This document shows, one piece after another, positions 1 to 10,850 of a stretch of DNA of 22,028 bases (its first letter is position 1; each line of letters opens with the position of its first letter). The position numbers were made by a program, and so were the translations under genes. The notes under the pieces are model-generated. The model was not told the DNA's origin, did not search any database, and saw only the letters and a list, made by a program, of their open reading frames with translations. This DNA comes from Lama guanicoe (lineage: Eukaryota), in the NCBI GenBank assembly GCA_013239625.1, contig MU053792.1, positions 259,618-281,645 of the forward strand, written 5' to 3'.

Positions 1-1395
1 TGGTGAACACTTGGATTATTTCTACCTTTTAGCTTTTGCAAATAATGCTGCTATAAACATTAGTGTACAAATGTATATTGAAATCCATATTTTTCAATTA
101 TTTTGGACATATACCTAGAAGTGGAATTGGTAAATTATATAGTAGCATAACATTTTGAGAAAAAACTGAACCATTTTCCACAGTGGCTGTACCATTTTAC
201 CACCAACAAAGCACAGTTTTCCAATTTATCCTGTGCCAGTATCTGTTATTTTTCATGTGTGTATGTTTCTGTTTTAATAACCTACCTATTTTTGTTTTAG
301 TTGAGTTTTAGAAGTTATTTATATAATCTGAATATTAGTCCTTTATCAGATATAAGATTTGCAGCCATCTTCTCCCATTATTTAGTTTTTTTTCACTTTG
401 TAGATTGTATTCTTCAAGGCATAAAACTTCTTAATTTTGATGAAGTCCAGTTTATTGTTTTCCTTTTACTGCCTGGTCTTCTGGTAACATGAAGTTGTTT
501 CTAAATGCAGTGTCATGAACATTTTCTCCAATGTTTTCTTTTGAGTTTTATAGCTTTATCTGTTAAGTTTATTTTAATTCATTTTGAGTTAGTTTTATAT
601 ATGGTATAAGGTCATATGGAATAAGTCCAACTTTATTCTTTTGCGTGTGAATATCCAATTTTCCCAGTACCGTTTGTCCTTTCCCCTTTGAAAAGTCTTG
701 GCACCCTTCTAGAAAATTAATTAACCATACACATAAAGATTTATTTCTGGTTGCTCTATTCTAGTCCATTGATCTGTCCTTATGTCAATACCATATTGTT
801 TTAAGTTACTATCGCATTATAGTACGTTTCAAAGTAGGGAAGCATTAGTCTTCCAATTTTATTCTTCTTTTTCAAGATGTTTTGGCTATTTGGGGTCCCA
901 TGTAATTCCATATGAATTTGAGGATTGTTTTCTCCATTCACTTCTGTAAATAAAAGGCTATTGGAATTCTGATAAGGATTGTATTGCATTTATAGATCAC
1001 TTTGGGTATTATTGACATTTAACACTATTAAGTCATGAGGACGGGCTGTGTTTCCCCTTACTTAGACCTTCCTTAATTTCTTTCATCATTGTTTTGTAGT
1101 TTTCAGTGTACAAGTCTTCATCTCCTTGATTAGATTTATTCCTAAGTATTTCATTATTTTAGATAGTACTTTATATGAAATTGCTTTCCTGATTTTTCTT
1201 TTCATGTGTTCATTGCTGGTATACAGAAACATAACTAAATTTTGTGTGTGTTCCTCTTGAACCCTGCAATTCTGCTGCATTTGTTTATTAGTTCTAGTAG
1301 ATTTCTTGTGAATAATTTGGGATTTCCTATACATAGGATATGTCATCTGTGAACAGAGATAATTTTACCTTTTCATTTTCAGTTTGAATGTCTTT
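1..1395 (-). mobile_element. Old degenerate LINE-1 (L1M-type), ORF2 3' region; left part of an element split by the 1396-3293 insertion
   Basis: Typical antisense L1 motifs: aataatgctgctataaacat (41), ttttgatgaagtcca (435), tatccaattttcccagtacc (653), ttggctatttggggtcc (882), gtcatctgtgaacagagataattt (1342). ORF 1086..1346 contains an ORF2-like KYLGINLIKEMK. Confidence 0.9.
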
Positions 1396-1398
1396 GTG

Positions 1399-1613
1399 TT
1401 TTTTTTAACATTTTTTATTGAGTTATAGTCAGTTTATAATGTTGTGTCAATTTCCAGGGTAGAGCACAACTTTTCAGTTATACATGAACATACATATATT
1501 CATAGTCACATTTTTTTTAGCTGTGAGCTACTACAGGATCTTGTATGTATTTCCCTGTGCTATACAGTATAATCTTGTTTATTCTGCATATGCCTGTCAG
1601 TATCTAAAATTTC
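1399..1613 (-). mobile_element. Young L1 3'-terminal fragment (~215 bp, with poly(A)) fused to the 3' end of U6
   Basis: T-tract, then tttattgagttatagtc...ccctgtgctatacagtataatcttg...gcctgtcagtatcta. Near-identical to 1731-1945 and similar to 15718-15910. Confidence 0.9.
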
Positions 1614-1719
1614 AAAATATGGAACTCTTCATGTATTTGTGTGTCATCCATGTGCAGGGGCCATGGTAATCTACTCTGTATCATTCCAATTTTAGTATAT
1701 GTGATGCTGAAGTGAGCAA
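1614..1719 (-). pseudogene. RNU6: U6 snRNA retropseudogene, full length (106 nt), 5' part of a U6-L1 chimera
   Basis: The reverse complement aligns without gaps to vertebrate U6 (GTGCTCGCTTCGGCAGCAC...GCGTTCCATATTTT). My hand count is 13 mismatches, about 6 of them CpG transitions. No PSE/TATA upstream. Confidence 0.97.
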
Positions 1720-1730
1720 AACCTGATATC

Positions 1731-3293
1731 TTTTTTTTAATTTTTTTATTGAGTTATAGTCATTTTACAATGTTGTGTCAAGTTCCAATATAGAGCACAA
1801 TTATTCAGTTAAACATGAGCGTACATGTATTCATTGTCACATCTTTTTTCGCTGTGAGCTAACACAAGATCTTGTATATATTTCCCTGTGCTATACAGTA
1901 TAATCTTGTTTACCTATCCTGCATATGCCTGTCAGTATCTACAAATTCTGAACTCCCAGTCTATCCCTTCCCACCCCCCTTCCCCTTGGCAACCACAAGT
2001 TTGTATTCTATGTCTATGGGTCTGTTTCTTTTTGATTTCACATATGAGCGATCTCATATGGTATTTTTCTTTCTCTTTCTGGCTTACTTCACTTAGAATG
2101 ACATTCTCCAGGAACATCCATGTTGCTGCAAATGGCATTATGTTGTAGGTTTTGATGGCTGAATAGTATTCCATTGTATAAATACATCACAGCTTCTTCA
2201 GCCAGTCATCTGTTGATGGACATTTAGGCTGTTTCCTTGTCTTGGCTACTGTAAATAGTGCTGCTATGAACTTTGGGGAGCAGGTGTCTTTTTGAAGTAG
2301 GGTTCCTTCTGGGTATATGCCTGGGAGTGGGATTCCTGGGTCATATGGTAAGTCTATTCTTAGTCTTTTGTTTTCCACAGTGGCTGCACCAAACTGCATT
2401 CCCACCAGCAGTGTAGGAGGGCTTGCTTTTCTCCACAGCCTCTCCAGCATTTGTTGTTGGTGGACTTTTGAATGATGGCCATTCTGACTGGTGTGAGGTG
2501 ATACCTCATTGTAGTTTTGATATGCATTTCTCTGATAATTAGTGATACTGAGCATTTTTTCATGTGCTTTTTGATCATTTGTATGTCTTCCTTGGAGAAT
2601 TGCTTGTTTAGGTCTTCTGCCCATTTTTGGATTGGGTTGTTTGTATTTTTCTTATTAAGTCATATGAGCTGGTTATATATTCTGGAGATCAAGCCTTTAT
2701 CGCTTTCATCATATGTAAAAATTTTCTCCCATTCCTTAGGTTGTCATTTTGTTTTACTTATGGTTTCCTTTGCTGTGCAGAAGCTTGTAAGTTTCATTAG
2801 GTCCCATTTGTTTATTCTTGCTTTTATTTCTATTGCTTGGGTAGACTGCCCTATGAGAACATTTCTGAGATGTATGTCACATAATGCTTTGCCTATGTTT
2901 TCTTCTAGGAGATTTATTGTATCTTGTCTTATGTTTAAGTCTTTGATCCATTTTGAGTTTATTTTTGTGTACGGTGTAAGGGAGTGTTCTAGCTTTGTTG
3001 ATTTACATGCTGCTGTCCAGTTTTCCCAACACCATTTGCTGAAGAGACTGTCTTTATTCCACTGTATATTCTTGCCTCCTTTGTCGAAGATTAGTTGACC
3101 AAAGGTTTGTGGGTTCATTTCTGGGCTCTTTATTCTGTTCCATTGATCCATATATCTGTTTTTGTACCAATACCATGTTGTTTTGATGACTACAGCTCTG
3201 TAGTATTGTCTGAAGTCTGGGAGAGTTATTCCTCCAGCCCCTTTGTTTTTCTTCAGTAATGTTTTGGCAATTCTTGGTCTTTTGTGGTTCCAT
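1731..3293 (-). mobile_element. Younger 5'-truncated LINE-1 (~1.56 kb): ORF2 C-terminus, 3' UTR and poly(A)
   Basis: ORF2 peptides in the ORF track, poly(T) at 1731 and an abrupt 5' truncation at ~3293. Confidence 0.95.
2030..3293 (-). pseudogene. L1 ORF2p C-terminal remnant, frameshifted
   Basis: [44 protein letters not shown]; Cys-rich motif [53 protein letters not shown]...PFAATWMFLENVILSEVSQ. Confidence 0.93.
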
Positions 3294-4330
3294 ATAATTT
3301 TACCTCTTCATTTTCAGTTTGGATATGTTTTTTTTTTTCTGTCTGATAGCTGAAGCTGGAACTTCCATTATAATGTTGAATAGCAGAATGAAAGTTATAC
3401 ACTTCCATTTTTCCTGAGCTCAGTGGGAAGGCTTTCAGTCTTTCTTTGACTATGATGTTAGCTGTGGATTCTCCATAAATATACTTCATCATACTGAGAA
3501 ATTTTCCCTTTATTTCTAGTTTTCTGAAGAGTTTTTTAAAATAATAAAAGGATATTGGATTTTTTCATATGCCACTTTCTGTATCAGTTAGGATTATCAT
3601 GTTTTTCTCCATTCATCCCATTAATATGGCATATTATATTGATCAATTATTTTTTTATGTTGAGACATTCTTACATTCTCAGGATAAATCCCTCTTGGTC
3701 AAGGTGAATATCGCTTTAATATGTTGTTGAATTACATTTAATACTATTTTGTTGAGGATTTTTACATCTATATGAACAAGGGATATTGCTCTCTAATGTA
3801 TTTAATGATGTCTTTATTTAGCATTAGTATTAGAATAATTCTGGTCTCATAGAATATGTTAAAAAGTGTTCCTTCCTCTTTAATTTTTTGAAGAGATTGG
3901 TGTTAATTCTTTTTTAACTGCTTAGTGGAATTCATCAGTAAAGACATGTGGTCCAAGGCTTTTCTTTGTTGTGAATGTTTTTCACTGTTAATACAATCTC
4001 CTCACTAGTGTAGGTTTATTCTGAATTTCTGTATCTTCATGATTCAGAGTTATTGGGTTGTGTGTTTCTAAGAACGTGTCCATTTCATAAGTTATCCAGC
4101 TTGCTGTTGTACAATTGTTCATAGTGCTCTTTTATAAAACTTTTTTGGTCTCTGTAAGTTATATGCTCACTTTCATTTTGATCTTTTTAATTTGTGCCTT
4201 CTTTCTGTTTTGTCAGTGTAGTTAAAGATTTGTCAATTTTGCTGATCTTTTCAAAGAACCAAGGTTTTTCACTGATTTCCTCTCTTGACTTTCTATTCTA
4301 CTCAGTTATCATACTATTCAGCTCCAAAAT
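3294..4330 (-). mobile_element. Old LINE-1 ORF2 (RT/EN region), continuation of 1-1395
   Basis: Resumes at the duplicated ataattttacct.ttcattttcagtttg. Motifs: tatgatgttagctgtgg, ttttgttgaggatttttacatcta, ctggtctcatagaat, tcttttcaaagaaccaa. Confidence 0.88.
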
Positions 4331-4339
4331 TTCTTTTTT

Positions 4340-4990
4340 GGTTCCTGTTTTTATAATTTCTATCTCTTTTTTTAATACTCTCATTATGTTCATCTGTCTT
4401 ATTTATGTCTTTTCCCATGTCTTTCTTTAGTATCTGTGCATCTTTAAAACAATCCTTTAAAGTCTTTGTCTAATAAGTCTGCCATCTGGGCTTCTTCAAG
4501 GATTTTTTTTCCATTTATTTTGTTCCTTTGAATGGCCTGTGCTTCCATGTTCCTTCATGTGCCTTGTGATATTTTGTTAAAAATTAGATATTTGAATTTT
4601 ATAATGTAATGACATTAGGAATCTGATTATCTCCTTATCCCAGCATTTGCAGTTGTTGTCAGTGTTGTTATTATTGCTATGATTATTTATTATCCATTAT
4701 TATTGCTCTTGTTTAAATCTGTCTTTGTGTCTGAGATCAGCCTAAGGTGAAATGCTTAAGGTCTTCTTCTCTGGTATTTTGGGGCCCTGGGAACAGGTGG
4801 TGGCTTTCTAAATTCCCTCATATTTGAAGTTGCTTTTTAATGTCCAAAAAATAATAAATGCAACCCCTTTAAATCCGGAAGCCACCTCAGTCCATGGGGA
4901 TTGAAACAATAACATTGAGCTTCTGTGCCCACTGCTCAATGATCCAAAACAGGGATGCACAGTGAGACCACAGAACACTGATGTCTGGAG
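4340..4990 (-). mobile_element. Very degenerate L1 5'/ORF1-type region
   Basis: tttaaagtctttgtctaataagtc...catctgggcttcttca and following text resemble old L1M 5' regions (from recall). Boundaries are approximate. Confidence 0.45.
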
Positions 4991-5509
4991 GGCAAGGTGA
5001 AGTTTGCCTGTGGGTTCTGTGGGTGTTGCCCTTGTTCTTCTAGAAAGAATTTCTGCAAAAGCTGTAAAAATCATGGCATAGAGTTGTAATGCCTAGTATA
5101 CTGGCTGTCTTGCTGGTCCCAATATCCTATATCACCCTAGAAACCATCACAGAGAAGAGTGATTATTCTTTTGAAAGATGGAGGAAAACTTTGTAAGAAG
5201 ATAACTTCGCTTTTAAGAGTTACAGTTTTGTTCAACACCTTGTTAACAGAGATGAATTGTCAGGCAAGAGACAGCTCCTTTGTCAGGGAAGTTATCTGAT
5301 TATGAGATCTACGCACGATTCCAAAATGCATGCATGTGACTCTTCGGTGAAGACTAGAAGGAAAGGATCCAATAATAATCTATTGATCTACCTCAATTCT
5401 TGGAATTCACTAAGAATCCTCTTTAAATCTAGTCTCTTATTTATAAGGATTGTCTGGCTAGTTGCTGAGAATAATGGGGGAAGTGAGTTTTGTTTTGGGT
5501 AAGTACCTT

Positions 5510-6965
5510 GCTCCCTGAGCTTACTGAGATCATCCTGGTGCCTTGCCATTGGTTCCCTTTTTACTTTATATCTCATTGTGATCTTGTCAATTCCCAAGAT
5601 GTTAACTGATAGCTTCCAACGTTACGCTTCCAATTCTGATGTCCAGACTTCTGTAATCCACCATCTTCTTAATATCTACTCTTGTACACATAACAGGCAT
5701 CTTAAAATTTAATGCATCAAAACCCTTGATATCTTCAGCCATCCTAGCTGATTTTCTCTCATGTTTGCTTCTTAATAAATGACACCACTGTCCACTCATT
5801 TGCCCAAGTTGAAAACCTAGGGGTCTTCTTTGATTCCACTGTTTCCCTCAACCTCCACCCATTTCACCCACCCCCACCCAGATCAACCCTAACGGCATTT
5901 CCTGTTAACTGTACCACCAAAATGTACACTACAGATCAGTTCTCACCTTCCCAGCGCTACCCTCCCACTCCCAGCACCTATAGTCTCCCATACAGATCAC
6001 TGAAATAGCCTGAAAACCGATCTCTCTGGACCTGCTCTCATTCTACTGTATTCCACTGCCCTAATAGTAGCGATAATGGCTTTTTTCAAAACTTGTATTT
6101 AATTTTTCTTTTAATAGCGGTACTAGGGATTGAACCCAAGGACTCGTGCGTGCGCTTTATCACTGAGCTATTTCCCTCCTCGAGAATGGCTTTCTAAAAG
6201 CTATGTAGACTCTCTTCCCTCAGTTCTGATGCCCATTCAGTGTACTTCTGCACTTGGTTCACTATCTTTGAGAACAAAGATCCTACAAAAATACCAGTAT
6301 AAATATACTCAAGAATGAACCTTAGATCATAATCATAGGTGTCTATCAGATGATTTTATGATGCCTTCTCTAAGGAGAAGCTTACGATATCAGGGATTTC
6401 TCTGTCCTCACAATTAAATTTACCATCCGGTCAATTACATTGGCACTGAATGAAACAGTCCAATTGCTTCTTACTCCACTTAAAATTATATCCACATGCT
6501 TTAACATGTCATTTGAGGAACTGTATGATCAAGTCCCTACCTAAACTTTGACTTTATTTCATTCTTGCTTAACATATATGATTTTTCTGTGCGTTTCTCA
6601 AACACCTGTTGCTACCTTGAGACTTTGTACTTACTGTCCTCTGTGTTTATGTTGTTTTTTTCATAGATCTATGTAAGATTGAATTTTATTACTCACATTA
6701 TTTGCAAGAGTTTAAGTGGCTACTAATCCAGGAAGCCTTCCAGTCATTTTCTATCCTAACCTATCCCATTATCATCTGTTTTTTATAACTTTTATCCTTA
6801 TCTGCAAATATATAATTTTTTAACTTCTAATTGCCATCCCATCTCCCCTAGAGTCTAAAATCCATCTGAGTCTTATTTTAAAGTTACATTTGCTCAAGGT
6901 GAAAAATAGTGTTTGGCAGTAGTTACTCAAAGGTTCTGTCGAGCGACATGAACAAATGAATTAAC
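5510..6965 (+). mobile_element. L2 LINE 3' portion, fragmented, with a SINE and unassigned inserts
   Basis: aggcatcttaaaatttaatgcatcaaaac; cactcatttgcccaagttgaaaacctaggggtcttctttgattcc; ggaagccttcc; L2-like terminus gtgtttggcagtagttactcaaa...atgaacaaatgaa at ~6910-6960. Confidence 0.7.
6098..6180 (-). mobile_element. Short tRNA-derived SINE (camelid Vic-1-like)
   Basis: On the minus strand: A box TAGCTCAGTGA (6160-6170), B box GGGTTCAATCCC (6126-6137) and an A-rich tail. Flanked by a degenerate direct repeat cga(t/g)aatggcttt...tgta (6071-6097 and 6181-6207). Confidence 0.85.
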
Positions 6966-7430
6966 TGATAAGCTCAAGAACTTCAGGTTAAATTTTGACC
7001 TAAATTGTTTTACAAACCGAGTCTCCCACTGGCAAGGTACGTTGCAAGCCATCTGGGTCTTAGTATCGATTTAGTACAAGGCCCTTGAGATGAGAGTAAA
7101 TGTGTTCTCCTAGAAGAATCCCAGAGCAGCTGAAGCATCTGGAGTTGTGCAAAGTGGGATGGAAGTTGAGACTGGAGAGGTAGAATGTGGGCCAGGTTAG
7201 GAGCCATGGGAGGTGGAAAATAGAAGGGAACAGTGTTTTAAGTTGTGGAAAGCTGTTGTACCGAGTACCCTGTTTTACACCTGTCACCCTAACTACTGCC
7301 GGGAGTATTTAGTATCTTTTATGAAGCAAAACGTCTTTGGGTTTGGCACAGTGAAGACTATGAGAAACTTTTCCAAGATTCTTAATTTTAAAAGGCAGGA
7401 AAAAGAATGACAATTTGCTTATGCAGAAGG

Positions 7431-7935
7431 TGAAGTGGGAGGAAAGGGGGCAGGGCACAACCACTGAAGGAATGACACAGCCATTGAGGAAGGACACACT
7501 GGTTAGAACCAAGACGGCAGAAGGTCTGACTTCCTGTGGACCTTGAGCCTCATGGTGCTCCCACAGGCACCATGACGGTTCCCAGGCTGACCATAAAAGA
7601 TCAAAAAGTGGACGGGGAGCATTTCTTGGAAATTCTCACCCCTTCCCTGAAGTTGTTGGAACAATCCTCCTACCCATTAGCATGTGAAATTACCGGGCCC
7701 ATAAAACCTAACCACGCCCACACCTCGTGGGCCTCCTCTGTAGCTCTCACCTTCTCAGATGCTCTCACTCTGTCTGTGGAGCGTGTATCTCCTAAGCCAT
7801 TTTCCCTTCTGAGTGAGGCAGACTGCACTCTGTCTAAGGAGTGTGTTATCTCTCTGAATAAACTGACTTTCACTTTACCACGGCTTGCTTTTGAATTCTT
7901 TCCTGCGCGAGGCAAGAACCTATTCTTTCCCAACG
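7431..7935 (+). mobile_element. ERV1 solo LTR, MER41-like (resembles the ungulate MER41 family)
   Basis: TG start and ...caacg end (CA>CG). Flanks aagg/aacg are a probable 4-bp TSD with one mismatch. TATA-like cataaaa near 7700, AATAAA at 7857-7862, and a U5 motif gaattctttcctgcgcgaggcaagaacc. Confidence 0.85.
7623..7651. promoter_or_regulatory. Tandem GAS (STAT) motifs in the solo LTR
   Basis: TTCTTGGAA (7623-7631) and TTCCCTGAA (7643-7651). Both fit TTCN3GAA and start 20 bp apart. Confidence 0.6.
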
Positions 7936-8404
7936 AACGGATGGCAAGTTGGTTCTCTCATTACTGAAAACTTTGAGTTGTATATTTGGAGGGAGGTGGG
8001 CATGTTGCCGGAGAAATGGTTTAAAACATATCTAAATCAAGCAAGTAGAGAGAAGGGGAGGGAGAAAGTACTTCTAATTTCTTTTCAAGAGCCTTCATGA
8101 CCCACGAAGGGCTACTATTGTAAACAGCTCTTCGCAAGAAACCACCTTCAGCAGGAAATCCTTTTTGCCTGTCACTTTAACAACATTGTAACTAACTTTC
8201 AAATCAGCCCACCCCACTTTCAACTCTTTTGATCACATAATGCTTTGCCTAATTGGTAGGTTTTTGTTTGTTTGTTGTTTTTTTGTAGATCAAAAAGGTA
8301 GGAAAGAAGAATAAGTAATTAACAGATGACCAGACTTCTTCCCTATCTTCTCCCTCCGTAATCTCAAGAATGAACTGTGTACAATCTATTCAAATACTGA
8401 TGTG

Positions 8405-8495
8405 CACTTAGGATGCTTCCATATCTTGGCAATTATAAATAATGTTGCTGTTAATAGCAGGGTGTATGTATATTTTTGAATTAATTTTTGTTTTG
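8405..8495 (-). mobile_element. Short old L1 3' fragment
   Basis: ttaggatgcttccatatcttggcaattataaataatgttgctg. Confidence 0.65.
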
Positions 8496-8619
8496 TGCTT
8501 GGCATTATTCCTTAGATAACTATGTAAGTTTAAAAAGCTAAAGCTCTAAACGTTCTTAGAAACAATGAACAGTACACATATGTAAATTTTAAAATACACG
8601 TGCAGTGAAAAAAAAAAAG

Positions 8620-9135
8620 ATCTATCAAGCTATGAAAGACACAGAAGAAACTTAAAAGACCTATTACTGAATGAAAGAAGCCAGTCTGAAAAGGCTACAA
8701 ACTGTACGATTACAACCAAATGACGTTCTGGAAAAGGCACAGCTACAGAAGCAATCAAAAGATCGTGTTTTCCAGGGGTTTGGGGAGAGGGAGGGAGAGA
8801 GGGATGAACAGATGGAGCACAACGGATTTTTAGGGCAATGAGATTATTCTGTATGAAACTATAGTGGTGGCTACATGTCATGATGCATTTGTCAATGCTT
8901 ATAGAATGTACAACATCAAGAGGCAACTCTAATGTAAACTACAGACTTTGGTTGATAATATTGTGCCCATGTTGGTTCATCAGTTTTACTAAATATGCCA
9001 CAGTGATGAGGGATGCTGAGGGTGAGGGCGTACACACGTGTGGGTGGGAAGGGCCATATGGGAACTCTGTATTTTTTGCTCAATTCTATTGTAAACCTGA
9101 AACTGCTCTAAAAAAATTGTCTATTAAAAAAAAAA
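8620..9135 (+). mobile_element. L1MC-type 3' end with poly(A)
   Basis: gaaagaagccagtctgaaaaggctaca...tctggaaaaggca...taatgtaaactacagactttgg...tgtaaacctgaaactgctctaaaa, followed by an A-tract. Confidence 0.88.
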
Positions 9136-9139
9136 GTCA

Positions 9140-9335
9140 TGAGAGGTTGACCAGCCTGCGTACAGTGGAGGATGGCAAGGACTCTGACGTCCTATCTCAA
9201 TGATTAAGTGAGATTACTTCCCCTTTCTCCTTTAAAGCTTTCACAGCTGAGCTGAATCTTTAGAGATAGTCTTCAGAGGACACTGAGTCCACCATCTCCC
9301 CGGATTGCCAGCATTCTGATTAAAAGCAAGTTCAG
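9140..9335 (+). mobile_element. ERV1-type LTR fragment (TATA/R region)
   Basis: ctttaaagctttcacagctgagctgaatctttagag...gagtccaccatctccccggattgccagcattctgattaaaagcaa resembles laurasiatherian ERV1 LTR 3' halves (from recall). Confidence 0.5.
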
Positions 9336-10850
9336 GGAGATTAGAAAAAAAGCCTTTCAAATTATTTCTGTGGGACTGAGTCATTATACTCTAATATCCT
9401 CTTCGATCAAACCATGAGATATGGTCGAAACAGGAAGCAGAAACCTGGAAGAATTTTGCAAGGACAAAGCAAAGGAGAGCAGAGAGAACAGGCCAGCATG
9501 ATCTGTGGGGAATGAAACGGAGCCTGAGGGTGAGGAGACAGAGGTTGAGGCTGATGAGTCATCTATTAGCTGGCAAGTAAACAAGAAAGGAGATATTGGG
9601 TACAAAGTTACAAGGACGAGATGGGACGTCCTTTAAACAGAACTGAATAATCTTACCTGAAGAATGGAATAATGCTGTAAGCAAAGGTGGAGGTCTCTTT
9701 CGCAGATAAAGTCAACTAATATTTGACCGGCATAGGACCCTTCGTGAATTACACAGCCCATCAAAGTCAGGGGCTTTGGTTACAGTTGTAACATTTCCCT
9801 TTTTCACTAATTCAGTCTCCTCTTGGCTCAGCACCTTTTCACTCTGTACATGATTTTACTAAGTTATTAAATTTGTCCTTATATACCAAGCTAACAAATA
9901 TTTTAATTTTCTCCATTAGTCTCTTACCTGTTGGAAACACAGAAATGTTGAGACTTACAACCATCTTAAGAATAGCACTCCATCACCTCAGTAGCTGGGT
10001 TCTCTTTCTTCTATATTACTTCTTTAATCGCTAGGAGGCTCAAGGAATGACTTATTTACTGAATCCAAGATCCTTCTCACTTTTTCTAAGTCCATAGATG
10101 CCCATTCCCATAATTCTAACCCAACTAAGTCAAAACAAGGCTGTACTTAACCAATCCATTCTTCCACTTTGATGAGTCACCAGGCAGGGTCCAGGGAGCT
10201 TCCCTTGTGCTTTGATGCATATGTCCACAAAATCAGGATCAATAATGCTTACATCCATGTCATTTTTTGTTTATCTTATTTAGGGACAGCAGCCCTTGGC
10301 AATCCTGCCAATGCAGGTTCTGAACTTCAGTCATGCATGGACATTTGAGCGTTTGGGAAGACCCACAAAAAAACCTCCTTAGACAATGAGGTCACAAAGC
10401 TTTCTGGCATTTTCCCTCTGAAGTGCCAGGAAAATCCAGCTGATCACCCAGGTTATGGTTTCTCATACCTCATAGCCTGAAAGAATATAGGTCAGGGAAG
10501 AATGCTCCCTTTTTCCTCCTCTAGCTAAATATTGCTCACACGGACAATAGGGTCCAGTGAAAAATTAAAAGAGTCAGTATCATCCCCCAAATATCTCTCC
10601 TAAAGACAACCTGATAAAACAAAACAAAACCAAACTTCCCCAACCGCTGTAGCTCTCTTCTTATAAGTCAGAAAAATAGCGAAGAAAAATTTCTCAGAGC
10701 AATCAGCATCTTCCTGTTAAGACAAGGCGCGCTCATGTCTTGGCACGTAACTATTGCATTGCACACGTGTATGGCTATCTATAGGCATGCCTTTTTCAAA
10801 AAATGAGATTGTTTTTATGTCTCGAGATTTCTTCTTACGAAAGAATGAAG

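Noticed and set aside
1614..1719. Functional U6 gene
   Set aside because: About 12% diverged with CpG decay, the ACAGAGA box region is altered (ACAGAGT), upstream is L1 poly(A) rather than PSE/TATA, and it is fused to L1.
2517..3098. 193-aa plus-strand ORF, the longest in the track
   Set aside because: It is the antisense frame of L1 ORF2, a common spurious hydrophobic ORF.
7431..7935. Solo LTR as the missing partner LTR of the provirus
   Set aside because: It is on the opposite strand and the wrong side, and has a different sequence apart from a short shared U5 motif (gaattctttc...ggcaagaa). It also has its own probable TSD.
7536..7967. 143-aa ORF
   Set aside because: It lies within the solo LTR, starts at GTG and has no recognisable domain.
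10719..10792. Imperfect palindrome aagacaaggcgcgctcatgtctt and p53 half-site AGGCATGCCT
   Set aside because: Short and imperfect, and a single half-site is expected by chance.
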